From contig OZ242214.1 in assembly GCA_965206595.1 (NCBI GenBank), positions 1,056,001 through 1,120,000 of the forward strand: a stretch of DNA of 64,000 bases, given 5' to 3'. Under the pieces are notes generated by a model. It saw only the letters and a program-made list of their open reading frames with translations, was not told the DNA's origin and made no database searches. This document shows positions 17,302 to 26,491 of the stretch, piece by piece; position 1 is the first letter of the stretch, and every line of letters starts with the position of its first letter. The translations under genes and the position numbers were made by a program. Origin of the DNA: Candidatus Latescibacterota bacterium. GTDB taxonomy: Bacteria > Latescibacterota > UBA2968 > UBA8231.

Positions 17302-19719
17302 GTGCTGTTTCGCAAGAACAAGAACCCCAACGCGGAAATAGAAGAGTACCGGGATCTGCTCGATACCCCCGAGACGTTCGAGGAGGGGTTCACGACCAAG
17401 ACGATCCTCGGCGTCCTGTTCGTCGCCTTCGTCATGATTCCCGGGAACATCTACCTGGGGCTGATGGTCGGCGGCAATCTCGGCGCCGCCGCGGAGTGGG
17501 TGACGATCATCCTGTTCGCCGAGATCACCAAGCGCTCCTTCACGACGCTGAGGAAGCAGGAAGTCTACGTCCTCTACTACGTCGCGGCCGGGCTGATAGC
17601 CGCCGAGACCGGCTCCTTCCAGGGCCTGCTATGGAACCAGTACCTGCGCCAGTCCCCGGCGGCCAAGCAGTTCGGCATCGCCAACCTGATTCCCGACTGG
17701 TTCGCGCCCCCTCTCGAATCGGCCGCCCTGCTGCAGCGGACCTTCCTGCACTCCGACTGGCTGCTGCCGATCGCCCTGCTGGTCGCCGGCGTGCTGATCG
17801 CCCGCGTCTCCTGGTTCACCGCGGCGTACGCCCTCTTCCGCGTCAACTCCGATTACGAGCGCCTGCCCTTTCCCTTCGCCCCGGTAGCGGCCCAGGGGGC
17901 AACGGCGCTGGCCGAGACAACCCAGGGGGTCGAGTCCTGGCGCTGGCGGGTGTTTTCCGCAGGAGCGATGATCGGGCTCGTCTTCGGCACCCTCTACGTC
18001 GCCATCCCGGCGATTACCGGCGCCCTGCTCACCGAGCCGATCCAGCTGATACCGATCCCCTTCGTAGACTTCACCCAGGTCACCGGTAACTTCATCCCGG
18101 CGACGCCGCTGGGATTCACCGCCCATCTCGGACCGATCTTCGCCGGTCTGGTGGTCCCCTTCTGGGGGGTGATCGGGACCTTTCTCGGGGTCGTCGCGCA
18201 CTCTATCGCCAACCCCATCCTCTACAAGTACGGTCTTCTCGAGATCTGGCAGCCGGGGATGGGGGCGGTCGAGACCTTCTTCGTCAACAGCGTCGACTTC
18301 TGGATGAGCTTCGGCATCGGCACGACCCTGGCGATCGCCATCATCGGCCTCTACCAGGTCACCCGGGCCCTGATAGGCGCCCGCGATGCCGGAGGCAGGG
18401 TCGGGGAAGTAAGGCGCAGCTGGGAGGTCCCGAAGGGCCGGGGAGATTTTTCGCTGTGGACGGCGCTGGGGCTGTACGCGGTGGCCACGAGCGGCCTGAT
18501 CCTGATCGCCGCTTTCCTGCTGCCGGGGTTCAAGGGCTTCATCTGGTTCTTCCTGTTCTTCGGCTTCGTCTTCACCCCGTTCCAGTCGTTCGTCAACGCC
18601 CGCCTCTACGGCATGGTGGGGCAGAGCGTCGATATCCCGTTCGTACGCGAAGCGACCATCATCCTGTCCGGGTACCAGGGGGTCGATATCTGGTTCATAC
18701 CGTTCCCCCTGGGGAACTACGGCAGCCAGTGCCAGAAATTTCGCGAGATCGAGCTGACCGGAACCCGCTTCACCAGCATCATCAAGGCCGAGGTCTTCAT
18801 GGTGCCGATCGTGCTGTTCACCACCTTCCTGTACTCGTCCTACGTCTGGAAGCTGGCACCGATTCCCTCGGCGTCGTACCCGTACGCCCAGGTGATGTGG
18901 CGGCTTCAGGCCTTGCAGACCTGTCTCTGGTTCACCGGGACCCTGCGCAGCGAAATGGATTACCTGCCCGACCGCTCCGAGGCGACCTGGATGCCGGCGA
19001 ACCTGGTCGAGGGGGAGTGGTGGTACTGGCGGGTGCGGGCCGTCGACCCCGCCTGGCTCGAGTCGAAGGGCAAGCAGGGGCAGGCCGGACCGTGGTCCGA
19101 GAAGCGGGCTTTCTTCACCCATTTCGACGAGGGGGAGCCGGAGCTGCCAGAGCATCCTCCCGGCGCCATGAAGAGTGTTCCGGATGTGGGCGCAGCGGCG
19201 GTTGCCCTGACCGGACCGGCGGTGACCGCGGTCTCTCCGGCAGTCGACATCGGCATTATCCGCACCCCGAGACCGGAGCTGGTGGTGCGTTCAGACGAAC
19301 CGCTTCCCGAGGGCTGGGAGTACTACTACGCCCTCGACACCGACCCCAACTTCTCCAGTCCGTGGATCCAGCGCACTACCGACGAGCCGTGGCTGTTCCG
19401 CGCCATCAAGCCGAACATCATCGCCGCCGGCGCCATCGTCGGCCTGGGGAGCTACATCCTGCTGTCGATTTTCGGCCTGCCGATCCTGCTGGTCTTCGGG
19501 TACGTCCGGGCCCTGACCACGATCCCGCACTGGATGGTAACCGAGGTCATCGGCGCCATGCTGGCCCGCTACTATTTCTGGGGCAAGTACGGCAAGAAGG
19601 AGTGGCGGCTGTACGCGCCGGTGCTTGCGGTCGGGTTCGCCTGCGGCATGGCGCTCATGGGGATGGCCGCGATCTCCATCGCCCTGATCCAGAAGTCGGT
19701 CTCCGTACTCATCTTCTGA
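17302..19719 (+). CDS. OPT-superfamily-like multi-pass membrane transporter with a large soluble insert
   Basis: FEEGFTTKTILG, AEWVTIILFAE, ERLPFPFAPV (OPT-like LPFP motif) and many TM helices; about 150-aa hydrophilic insert at roughly 18945-19390. Confidence 0.75.
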   Translation: MLFRKNKNPNAEIEEYRDLLDTPETFEEGFTTKTILGVLFVAFVMIPGNIYLGLMVGGNLGAAAEWVTIILFAEITKRSFTTLRKQEVYVLYYVAAGLIAAETGSFQGLLWNQYLRQSPAAKQFGIANLIPDWFAPPLESAALLQRTFLHSDWLLPIALLVAGVLIARVSWFTAAYALFRVNSDYERLPFPFAPVAAQGATALAETTQGVESWRWRVFSAGAMIGLVFGTLYVAIPAITGALLTEPIQLIPIPFVDFTQVTGNFIPATPLGFTAHLGPIFAGLVVPFWGVIGTFLGVVAHSIANPILYKYGLLEIWQPGMGAVETFFVNSVDFWMSFGIGTTLAIAIIGLYQVTRALIGARDAGGRVGEVRRSWEVPKGRGDFSLWTALGLYAVATSGLILIAAFLLPGFKGFIWFFLFFGFVFTPFQSFVNARLYGMVGQSVDIPFVREATIILSGYQGVDIWFIPFPLGNYGSQCQKFREIELTGTRFTSIIKAEVFMVPIVLFTTFLYSSYVWKLAPIPSASYPYAQVMWRLQALQTCLWFTGTLRSEMDYLPDRSEATWMPANLVEGEWWYWRVRAVDPAWLESKGKQGQAGPWSEKRAFFTHFDEGEPELPEHPPGAMKSVPDVGAAAVALTGPAVTAVSPAVDIGIIRTPRPELVVRSDEPLPEGWEYYYALDTDPNFSSPWIQRTTDEPWLFRAIKPNIIAAGAIVGLGSYILLSIFGLPILLVFGYVRALTTIPHWMVTEVIGAMLARYYFWGKYGKKEWRLYAPVLAVGFACGMALMGMAAISIALIQKSVSVLIF

Positions 19720-19741
19720 TTCGCCACAGGTGCGTTGCCAA

Positions 19742-20746
19742 ATGGCTGACCGTGGAGTCGAGTGGGCGGACTTCGGATGGCAGGGGATTTATCTGCGCGT
19801 GCCGGATGACTGGAACCTGGGCAAGGTGGACGGCGACGCGAAGAGCGGCTACGCCCGTCTCGACGACGCCGAGATCGTCCGCGCCGAAGTCGAATGGCGG
19901 GAGACGCCGGACCGGGGACGCAGACTGCCGGTCCCCGACCTCGTAGAGCGCTACCTCGACAAGCTGGCGAAAAAAGCGGAGAAGGCAGACACTCCCTTCT
20001 CGGTGACGAGGCAGGCAAAGTTCCTGCGCGACAAGCGCTGGCTCGAGGGGGCCGAGTACGAGGCCTTTACCTGGCGCGCCGACTACCTCGCCTACAATCT
20101 GGCGCGCGCCTGCCCCGACTGCGGGCGCATCCTGCTGCTGCGCGTTCTCGCCCGGCTCACGGAGAACCTCGAAGAGCTCGCCGACCGGGTCTTCCGCTCC
20201 GTCGCCTGCCACAGCGCCGACAGGATGCGCTACTGGAGCGTCTACGGCATGACCTTCCGAGTGCCCGAGGAGTTCGCCCTCTCCAAGCACGAGCTCAAAT
20301 CCGGCAATATCCAGATGACCTTCGAGAGGAAGAACCAAAGCTGCCGGGTACAGCGCCTCAGCATGGCCCAGATGCTGCTCAAGGGGACGACCCTCGAGGA
20401 GTGGTATCCCAACTTCTTCCGCAAGGAGCTGCGCGATTTCAACTGCGACGTCGCCGAGACCGGGGTGGGGGATCACCAGGGACTGCGGGTGACCGGGCGG
20501 CCGCGCAGCCGTTTGCGCCAGCTGCTGCGGCCCCTGCCGCTGCTCAACCCGCGTCCCCGCCAGCACCTCGACGCCCTCGTCTGGCACTGCGAGGAGGGGA
20601 ACCGAATCTGCGTCGTCGAACACCTTTACAAGAGGGAAAAGGAGCGCGACGACCTCACCGACCGCCTGAGCGCCGTCTATGTTTGCCACCCGCAAGAAAC
20701 CGAAGCTGACGCGCGAGGCGATGCTCAACTCGCGTCCGGCGCGTAA
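19742..20746 (+). CDS. Hypothetical cytoplasmic protein with two PsbP/Mog1-like repeats
   Basis: Internal repeat FGWQGIYLRVPDDWNL versus WSVYGMTFRVPEEFAL; CPDC motif; strong GC3 coding bias; operonic position. Confidence 0.7.
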   Translation: MADRGVEWADFGWQGIYLRVPDDWNLGKVDGDAKSGYARLDDAEIVRAEVEWRETPDRGRRLPVPDLVERYLDKLAKKAEKADTPFSVTRQAKFLRDKRWLEGAEYEAFTWRADYLAYNLARACPDCGRILLLRVLARLTENLEELADRVFRSVACHSADRMRYWSVYGMTFRVPEEFALSKHELKSGNIQMTFERKNQSCRVQRLSMAQMLLKGTTLEEWYPNFFRKELRDFNCDVAETGVGDHQGLRVTGRPRSRLRQLLRPLPLLNPRPRQHLDALVWHCEEGNRICVVEHLYKREKERDDLTDRLSAVYVCHPQETEADARGDAQLASGA

Positions 20747-21116
20747 CGACCTGCTTCAGTGGGATAAGACGGAAAGCGGCGAAGCCCGCATAACCGTCAC
20801 CCGCATCGACTCCTGGAAGGTGCGGCTGCTTTCCAAGCTGTTCTACGTCCCCAGGAAGCGCACCATCACTCTCGACGAAGTCGGCACCGAGATCTGGCAG
20901 ATGTGCAACGGCCGCACCTCGGTCGGGCAGATGATCGAGGAGCTGCGCGTCAAGTACAAGCTCGACCGCAAGGAGGCGGAGGTGTCGCTGCTGCAGTACC
21001 TGAAGACGCTGGGCGAGAAGCGATTCGTCGGCTTCGTCCTCGAGGGGACGGAGCAGTCGGAGCGGCAGCAGAAGTATTCCAGGGGGGACGCGAGCGGCAA
21101 GAGGTGGGAGAAATAG
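20679..21116 (+). CDS. PqqD-family / RiPP recognition element (RRE)-like protein
   Basis: ITLDEVGTEIWQMCNGRTSVGQMIEEL...LLQYLKTLGEKRFV matches the winged-helix PqqD pattern LD..G..IW...DG..TV..I...L. Confidence 0.85.
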   Translation: MFATRKKPKLTREAMLNSRPARNDLLQWDKTESGEARITVTRIDSWKVRLLSKLFYVPRKRTITLDEVGTEIWQMCNGRTSVGQMIEELRVKYKLDRKEAEVSLLQYLKTLGEKRFVGFVLEGTEQSERQQKYSRGDASGKRWEK

Positions 21117-21165
21117 TGCCTTCCCGCGTAAATCGGGGTCGAAACGAAGGCGAGGAGGAGCCACG

Positions 21166-21193
21166 TCCTTTCGCCGATGCATCGGCGAAAGGA
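21166..21193. repeat. Perfect 28-bp palindrome downstream of the PqqD gene
   Basis: TCCTTTCGCCGATGCATCGGCGAAAGGA is its own reverse complement; flanking CCACG/CGTGG can extend the stem. Confidence 0.85.
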
Positions 21194-21338
21194 TTCGCGT
21201 GGATGTGCGGGCGCGGGCACTTGCCGCCCTGAACGTCACCCGCCGCTCGTGGCCCCGGTTCTTCCCCTCGGCGGGAGGCCAGAATCTCCTGCCACCTTTC
21301 CACTTCAGGATACGAAACCGGTACGCTAGGCGGCAGAG

Positions 21339-21926
21339 ATGACCGGAACCCCCGACTGGCAGCACAGGTTCGCCCGGTTTCTGTCGCACCTGTTCAGTCC
21401 GGCGGCCATGGCTGTCTGGGTGTTCGCCGGACTGGGGATCCTGCGCCCAGGCGAGACCGACTGGAAGGCCCTGGGGATTGCCCTCGCCCTGTTCACCCTG
21501 CTTCCCTGCGCCGTCATGGTGCTGCTGCGCCGGCGAGGCCTCGAGGACGTGTACGCTCCCGAGCCGGCCCTCAGGCAGCGCATCCTCCTGATGGGAACAG
21601 TCTGCTATCTGACAGGTTTCCTGGTTCTTTCGGCCGTGGATGCGGCACCGACCATGACCTGGAGCGCCGCCTCCATCACCTTGGCCGCGGCCGCCGTCCG
21701 GGTGATCGACCGCTTCTGGAAGATCAGCATACATTCGGTCGGGGTCGCCGCGGGGGTGTTCGTCCTCGTGAAGGTGGGCGGCCCCGGGCAGTGGCCCCTG
21801 CTTGCCGCCCCTCCCCTCGTCGCCTGGGCGCGGCTGCGGCTCGGGGCGCACACGGTCCCGCAGCTGCTTGCCGGGATTCTCCTCGGGGCCCTGGTGCCCG
21901 CCCTTCTCCTGCCCCATTTCCGCTGA
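21339..21926 (+). CDS. PAP2-like membrane protein (putative lipid phosphate phosphatase)
   Basis: About 6 TMs; WKISIHS and WARLRLGAHT resemble PAP2 C2/C3 motifs; no C1 motif evident. Confidence 0.65.
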   Translation: MTGTPDWQHRFARFLSHLFSPAAMAVWVFAGLGILRPGETDWKALGIALALFTLLPCAVMVLLRRRGLEDVYAPEPALRQRILLMGTVCYLTGFLVLSAVDAAPTMTWSAASITLAAAAVRVIDRFWKISIHSVGVAAGVFVLVKVGGPGQWPLLAAPPLVAWARLRLGAHTVPQLLAGILLGALVPALLLPHFR

Positions 21927-21931
21927 TCGCC

Positions 21932-24067
21932 ATGCACACCGTGACCGGCCTGGTCAGCCGCCTGACCTTCCACAATCCCGACAACGGCTACACGATCGCC
22001 CAGATCGAGCCGGAGCCAGAAAAAGGGGAACGGCCACCCGAGGGGATTACGGTGGTCGGAGTCATGACCACGGTCGCCGAGGGACAGACCATCGAGGTCA
22101 CGGGCACCTGGGAAGACCATCCCAAGTACGGAAGGCAGCTCAAGCTCGAGTCCTGCCGGGCGGTCTTTCCGACCACCGAGGAGGGGATCCGGCGGTTTCT
22201 CGGGTCGGGACTGGTAAAGGGGGTGGGGAAGAAGTTCGCCGAGCGCATCGTCGCCCATTTTGGCGGGGACACCCTCAAGGTGCTCGAGGAGAATCCCCGG
22301 CGCCTGCTCGAGGTACCGGGACTGGGCCGCAAGCGGGCGGGGATGCTGGCGCGGGCATGGGCGGGGCAGCGCCGGATGAGGGACACCATGGTTTTTCTGC
22401 AGTCGCACGGAGTCGGGTCTGCAGCCGCCGTGAAGATTTTCCGGAAGTACGAGCAGGAGGCGATCACCAAGGTGAGAGAGAATCCCTACCGGCTGCAGAG
22501 GGACATCGACGGGATCGGGTTCGTGACCGCCGACGCCGTCGCCTCGCAGCTCGGGATCGCGCGCAACGCACCGCAGAGGATCCAGGCGGGAATCCTCTAC
22601 CTTTTGGAATCCGCGGCCGGGGAGGGACACGTGTTCCTGCCGCAGTCCGAGGTCGTCGAAAAGGGGAGCGAGCTTCTGCAGGTCGGCGCCGAGCTGTTTC
22701 CAGCGGCCCTGGAGGCCCTGGACGGCGAACGCCAGATCGTACGCGACCAGGAGCGCTGCTTCCTGCCGTATCTCTATCACTCGGAGGTGAAGGTCGCCGC
22801 GGCCCTGGAACGGCTGCTGCGAACCGAAGGGGCCGATGCGGAGTTCGGCGAAGACCCGGGAACGGAGCTGGATCTGAGCGCCAGTCAGCGCAGGGCGGTC
22901 GAGACCGCCCTGCGGGAGAAGGTGGTGGTCCTGACGGGCGGACCCGGTACCGGGAAGACGACGGTTACGCAGGTGATCCTCCGCCATTTCGAGCAAGGGG
23001 GCCTGCGGGTCGCCCTCTGTTCCCCCACGGGTCGGGCGGCCAAGCGGCTCGCCGAGGCGACCGGCCGCGAGGCGAAAACCATCCACCGGCTGCTGGAGTT
23101 CATGCCCGCGGAACGCAGGTTCCGCCGCGGCCGCAACGACCCGGTCGAAGCCGATGCCGTAATCGTCGACGAGGCCTCGATGATCGACATCCCGCTGATG
23201 CACGCCCTGCTGCGCGCCCTGTCGCCGCATGTCCGCCTGCTGCTGGTCGGCGACGCGGACCAGCTGCCGTCCGTGGGCCCGGGGAACGTCATTGGGGACG
23301 TCATCTCCTCCCGGCGCGTCCCGGTTGCGCGGCTGACCGAGATCCACCGGCAGGAGCGCCGCAGCCGCATCGTCGTCAACGCCCACCGCATCAACGCCGG
23401 CGACTGGCCGGAGCTGAGCAACAGCCGCGACGGCGACTTCTTCTTCGTCGAGGAGGAGAATCCCCCGGAGGCCGCGGCCATGATCTCCGATCTCGTGGGC
23501 AGCCGCCTGCCTGCCCACGGCGACTACGACCCGGTCGGCGACATCCAGGTGCTGACCCCGATGTACCGGGGGGAGACCGGGGCCATCAACCTCAACCGCC
23601 TGCTGCAGCAGCGGCTCAACCCGGGGGGCAGAGTCTCCCGGACAGGGGAACGGGAGCTGCGTGTCGGCGACAAGGTGCTGCAGATCCGCAACAACTACGA
23701 GCGCGCCGTCTTCAACGGCGACCTCGGGCGCATACTCGCTTTCGACCCCGAGGAAGGCTCGATCCGGGTGGGTTTCGACAGCGGCGTCTCATGCGAGTAC
23801 GGGGCCAACTCCCTCGACGAGATCGTGCTGGCCTACGCCATCAGCGTCCACCGCGCCCAGGGTTCGGAGTTCCCCGTCGTCGTGCTGCCCCTGACCACCC
23901 AGCATTACCCGATGCTGCAGCGCAACCTGCTGTACACCGCGGTCACGCGCGCCCGTTCCCTGCTGGTCGTCGTCGGCGGCAGGAGAGCCCTGGGCAGGGC
24001 GATTTCCAACGACGAGGTCGCCAAGCGCTACACCGCCCTCGGCGAGCGGTTGCGGGGTTCGAACTGA
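21932..24067 (+). CDS. recD2: ATP-dependent RecD-like DNA helicase (RecD2/YrrC)
   Basis: FHNPDNGYTI, HPKYGRQL, HhH motifs GVGKKFAERIV, Walker A TGGPGTGKTT, VDEASM, GDADQLPSVGPG, YAISVHRAQGSEF, LLYTAVTRA. Confidence 0.95.
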   Translation: MHTVTGLVSRLTFHNPDNGYTIAQIEPEPEKGERPPEGITVVGVMTTVAEGQTIEVTGTWEDHPKYGRQLKLESCRAVFPTTEEGIRRFLGSGLVKGVGKKFAERIVAHFGGDTLKVLEENPRRLLEVPGLGRKRAGMLARAWAGQRRMRDTMVFLQSHGVGSAAAVKIFRKYEQEAITKVRENPYRLQRDIDGIGFVTADAVASQLGIARNAPQRIQAGILYLLESAAGEGHVFLPQSEVVEKGSELLQVGAELFPAALEALDGERQIVRDQERCFLPYLYHSEVKVAAALERLLRTEGADAEFGEDPGTELDLSASQRRAVETALREKVVVLTGGPGTGKTTVTQVILRHFEQGGLRVALCSPTGRAAKRLAEATGREAKTIHRLLEFMPAERRFRRGRNDPVEADAVIVDEASMIDIPLMHALLRALSPHVRLLLVGDADQLPSVGPGNVIGDVISSRRVPVARLTEIHRQERRSRIVVNAHRINAGDWPELSNSRDGDFFFVEEENPPEAAAMISDLVGSRLPAHGDYDPVGDIQVLTPMYRGETGAINLNRLLQQRLNPGGRVSRTGERELRVGDKVLQIRNNYERAVFNGDLGRILAFDPEEGSIRVGFDSGVSCEYGANSLDEIVLAYAISVHRAQGSEFPVVVLPLTTQHYPMLQRNLLYTAVTRARSLLVVVGGRRALGRAISNDEVAKRYTALGERLRGSN

Positions 24068-24247
24068 GAGCCTGCCGGATGTAGCCGCTCCGGCGCTTGC
24101 GGCGGTGCCCCGGTAGAACTGCGGCCAACATCCCAATCCGTTTTCCGGCGCGGTTTCCGACCCGCGCCCAGAAGACCTGTCGCGGCCTGCTCATCTGCTA
24201 CGGGAGAGCTCGGGCGGCGGCCGGATTTGAGGCGGACCGCGCGCCCG

Positions 24248-24985
24248 CTACAGAAACAGCTTCTTGAAGATCCCCTCGGGAAGCAGACGCACCACCAGCA
24301 TGATCCAGCGCCAGAACCAAGGGGTGTAGACGACGTTGCGGCGTTTCCTCCAGGCCCGCAGGATGTCGCCGGCGACGCGGTCGGGAGAGGCCACGAGAAA
24401 CAGTCCGTCCAGCCCCTCGGTCATCGGCGTATCGACGAATCCAGGCTTTGCCGTGAGCACGTGAACCCCGGCGCGATGCAGCCGGTTGCGCAGGCCCTGG
24501 AGGAACAGGCCGAAGCCTCCCTTGGCGGCGCCGTACATGTAGTTGGACTGGCGTCCACGGTCTCCTGCGACCGAGGTGACGGCGATGATCCCGCCGCTTC
24601 TCCGGTCCTCGAGGTAGTTGGCGAGGTGGCTGAGCGTAAGGGCGGCCCCGGTGAAGTTGGTCTCCAGGGTGCGCACCATCTCCCCGGGGTCTCGGCGCAC
24701 CTGCTCCTGGTCACCCATGTAGCCGAACACGAGCAGGACGAGCTCGAACTCCCCGGCCGCTTCCTGAACCCGCGCGGCGAGACGGGGAAGCTGCGTGAAC
24801 TGGAGGGCGTCGAACTCGAGCAGGGTCGCCTCGCAGTTCAGGGTCAGCTCGAGATCGCTGGCCAGGGGCCTGAGCTCCTCAACGCGCCGCGCCGCCAGCA
24901 CGAGCCCCCAGCCTTCGGCGGCGAGGCGCCGGGCGAGGGCCTGGGCGATTTCGGAACGCGCGCCGAGTACCAGGGCCCGCTTCAC
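24248..24985 (-). CDS. Short-chain dehydrogenase, DprE2-like (decaprenylphosphoryl-2-keto-pentose reductase family)
   Basis: LVLGARSEIA, SVAGDRGRQSNYMYGAAKGG (YxxxK), KPGFVDTPMT; GTGA overlap with the upstream FAD oxidase. Confidence 0.85.
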   Translation of the reverse strand: MKRALVLGARSEIAQALARRLAAEGWGLVLAARRVEELRPLASDLELTLNCEATLLEFDALQFTQLPRLAARVQEAAGEFELVLLVFGYMGDQEQVRRDPGEMVRTLETNFTGAALTLSHLANYLEDRRSGGIIAVTSVAGDRGRQSNYMYGAAKGGFGLFLQGLRNRLHRAGVHVLTAKPGFVDTPMTEGLDGLFLVASPDRVAGDILRAWRKRRNVVYTPWFWRWIMLVVRLLPEGIFKKLFL

Positions 24986-26307
24986 GTCAGTCCCAGGCGG
25001 TCGGACTGCAGCGAGCGCAGCCGGCATTGCGGATCGTACTGCTGCTTGACGCCCCGGAACTCGTCGAGCCGCGGGTACATGCGGCGAAACTGCTCCGGTT
25101 CGAGGACGGCGTCCTTGGCGAGGTAGACCCTTCCCCCGGCCTCTGTCACCAGGGCTGTGAGCTCCCTCAGTGCCGCGATTGCGCCGCCGTCTCCGACCGG
25201 CAGGTCGAGGGCGAGGGTGAACCCGGGCAGGGGAAAGGAGAGCGGACCCATCCCCTCGGGGCCGAAGGTCTTGAGCACGGCCAGTGTGGTGAGGTGCCCG
25301 CCGCTTCCGAGGCGCGCGATGAACTCTCCGATCACCCCCTCGCCGGCGGCGAACGGGACGGCGAACTGGTATTGCAGGAACCCGCCGCGGCCATAGGCAC
25401 GGTTCCAGTTGCCGACGGCGTCGAGCGGGTAGAAGAAGGGGTCGTAATGGGTCAGGGAGTCTGCCTGACGGCGCCATTGCCGGAGGTAGTACGCGGCGTT
25501 GAACAACCGCGCCGTCAGCCGGTTGACGAACGGACCGGGCAGCGGCAGCGGCAAGTTGAAGCGCTGCGGCCGGTGGAGAGCATGCGGATTTCCCCTCACC
25601 TCGTCCGCGGCCGCGTGCCTGCCGAGGGAGACGAGACCGCGCCCGGGGTTCCGGGAGAGGCAGTCGATCCAGGCGACCGAGTAGAGGAACTCATCCTGCG
25701 TATCGACCAGGACCCGGCAGGTCTCGGCGAGATTGCCGGTCCTGACCGTGCGCGTGCGCAGGAAGGAGCTGGAGACCTTGCGCAGGCGCAGGGCCGCGGA
25801 GTACACGAACCCCGTGAGACCCATGCCGCCGAAGGTGGCCCGGAAGAGCCCCGGGTGGTCGTGACGGGAGCAGCGAATGACGGAGCCGTCCGGGATCACT
25901 ATCTCGAGCTCGTCGACGAAGTTGCTCAGGCAGCCGTCGCGGTGGTGGTTCTTGCCGTGGATATCCGCGGCGATGCAGCCGCCGAGGGTGGAGAACTTGG
26001 TCCCGGGTGTCACCGGAAGAAACCAGCCGAGGGGCAGGGAGAAGCGGATGATTTTCTCAAGAGTGGCCCCGGCCTCGGCGCGCAACACCCCCGTCTCCGG
26101 GTCGAACGACAGCAGGCGGTCCAGGCTCAGCGTCGACACCACGGACGGGAACAGGCAGGCATCGCCGTAGCTGCGGCAGTTTCCCTGCGGCAGCACCGGT
26201 TGGGAACCGCGTGCGAAGCGCACCAGGTCCCGCAGGGCGCGCGCCTTCCTTCTCTTTCCCGCGATGACGGGGTGATTGCCCCAGCCGGCGAGGCGTTGCG
26301 TTTTCAC
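24982..26307 (-). CDS. FAD-binding oxidoreductase, DprE1-like (decaprenylphosphoryl-beta-D-ribose oxidase family)
   Basis: LAGWG, RSYGD, VTPGTKFSTLGGCIAADIHGKNHH, YSVAWID, FFYPLD, GFLQYQ, LAVLKTFG, GGRVYLAKD. Confidence 0.9.
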   Translation of the reverse strand: MKTQRLAGWGNHPVIAGKRRKARALRDLVRFARGSQPVLPQGNCRSYGDACLFPSVVSTLSLDRLLSFDPETGVLRAEAGATLEKIIRFSLPLGWFLPVTPGTKFSTLGGCIAADIHGKNHHRDGCLSNFVDELEIVIPDGSVIRCSRHDHPGLFRATFGGMGLTGFVYSAALRLRKVSSSFLRTRTVRTGNLAETCRVLVDTQDEFLYSVAWIDCLSRNPGRGLVSLGRHAAADEVRGNPHALHRPQRFNLPLPLPGPFVNRLTARLFNAAYYLRQWRRQADSLTHYDPFFYPLDAVGNWNRAYGRGGFLQYQFAVPFAAGEGVIGEFIARLGSGGHLTTLAVLKTFGPEGMGPLSFPLPGFTLALDLPVGDGGAIAALRELTALVTEAGGRVYLAKDAVLEPEQFRRMYPRLDEFRGVKQQYDPQCRLRSLQSDRLGLT

Positions 26308-26491
26308 GACAGGTCCTGCAAAGGGTGAGGAATAGCCAAGGTGGGGGAGCACCGGGGAGGTAATGATGATAATATGCCCTTTCCCCGCCCGGCAAATCCC
26401 AATGGCAGGCCCGTTGGAGGACAAGTACATTAACCACGGCAACCATCGGTGAGGTGCACAGGTCTCAGGCATTTCGGGCGGAGCCGATTTC

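Noticed and set aside
20679-21116. PQQ biosynthesis or lasso-peptide cluster
   Set aside because: No pqqA/B/C/E, lasso cyclase, B2 protease or convincing precursor ORF in the window.
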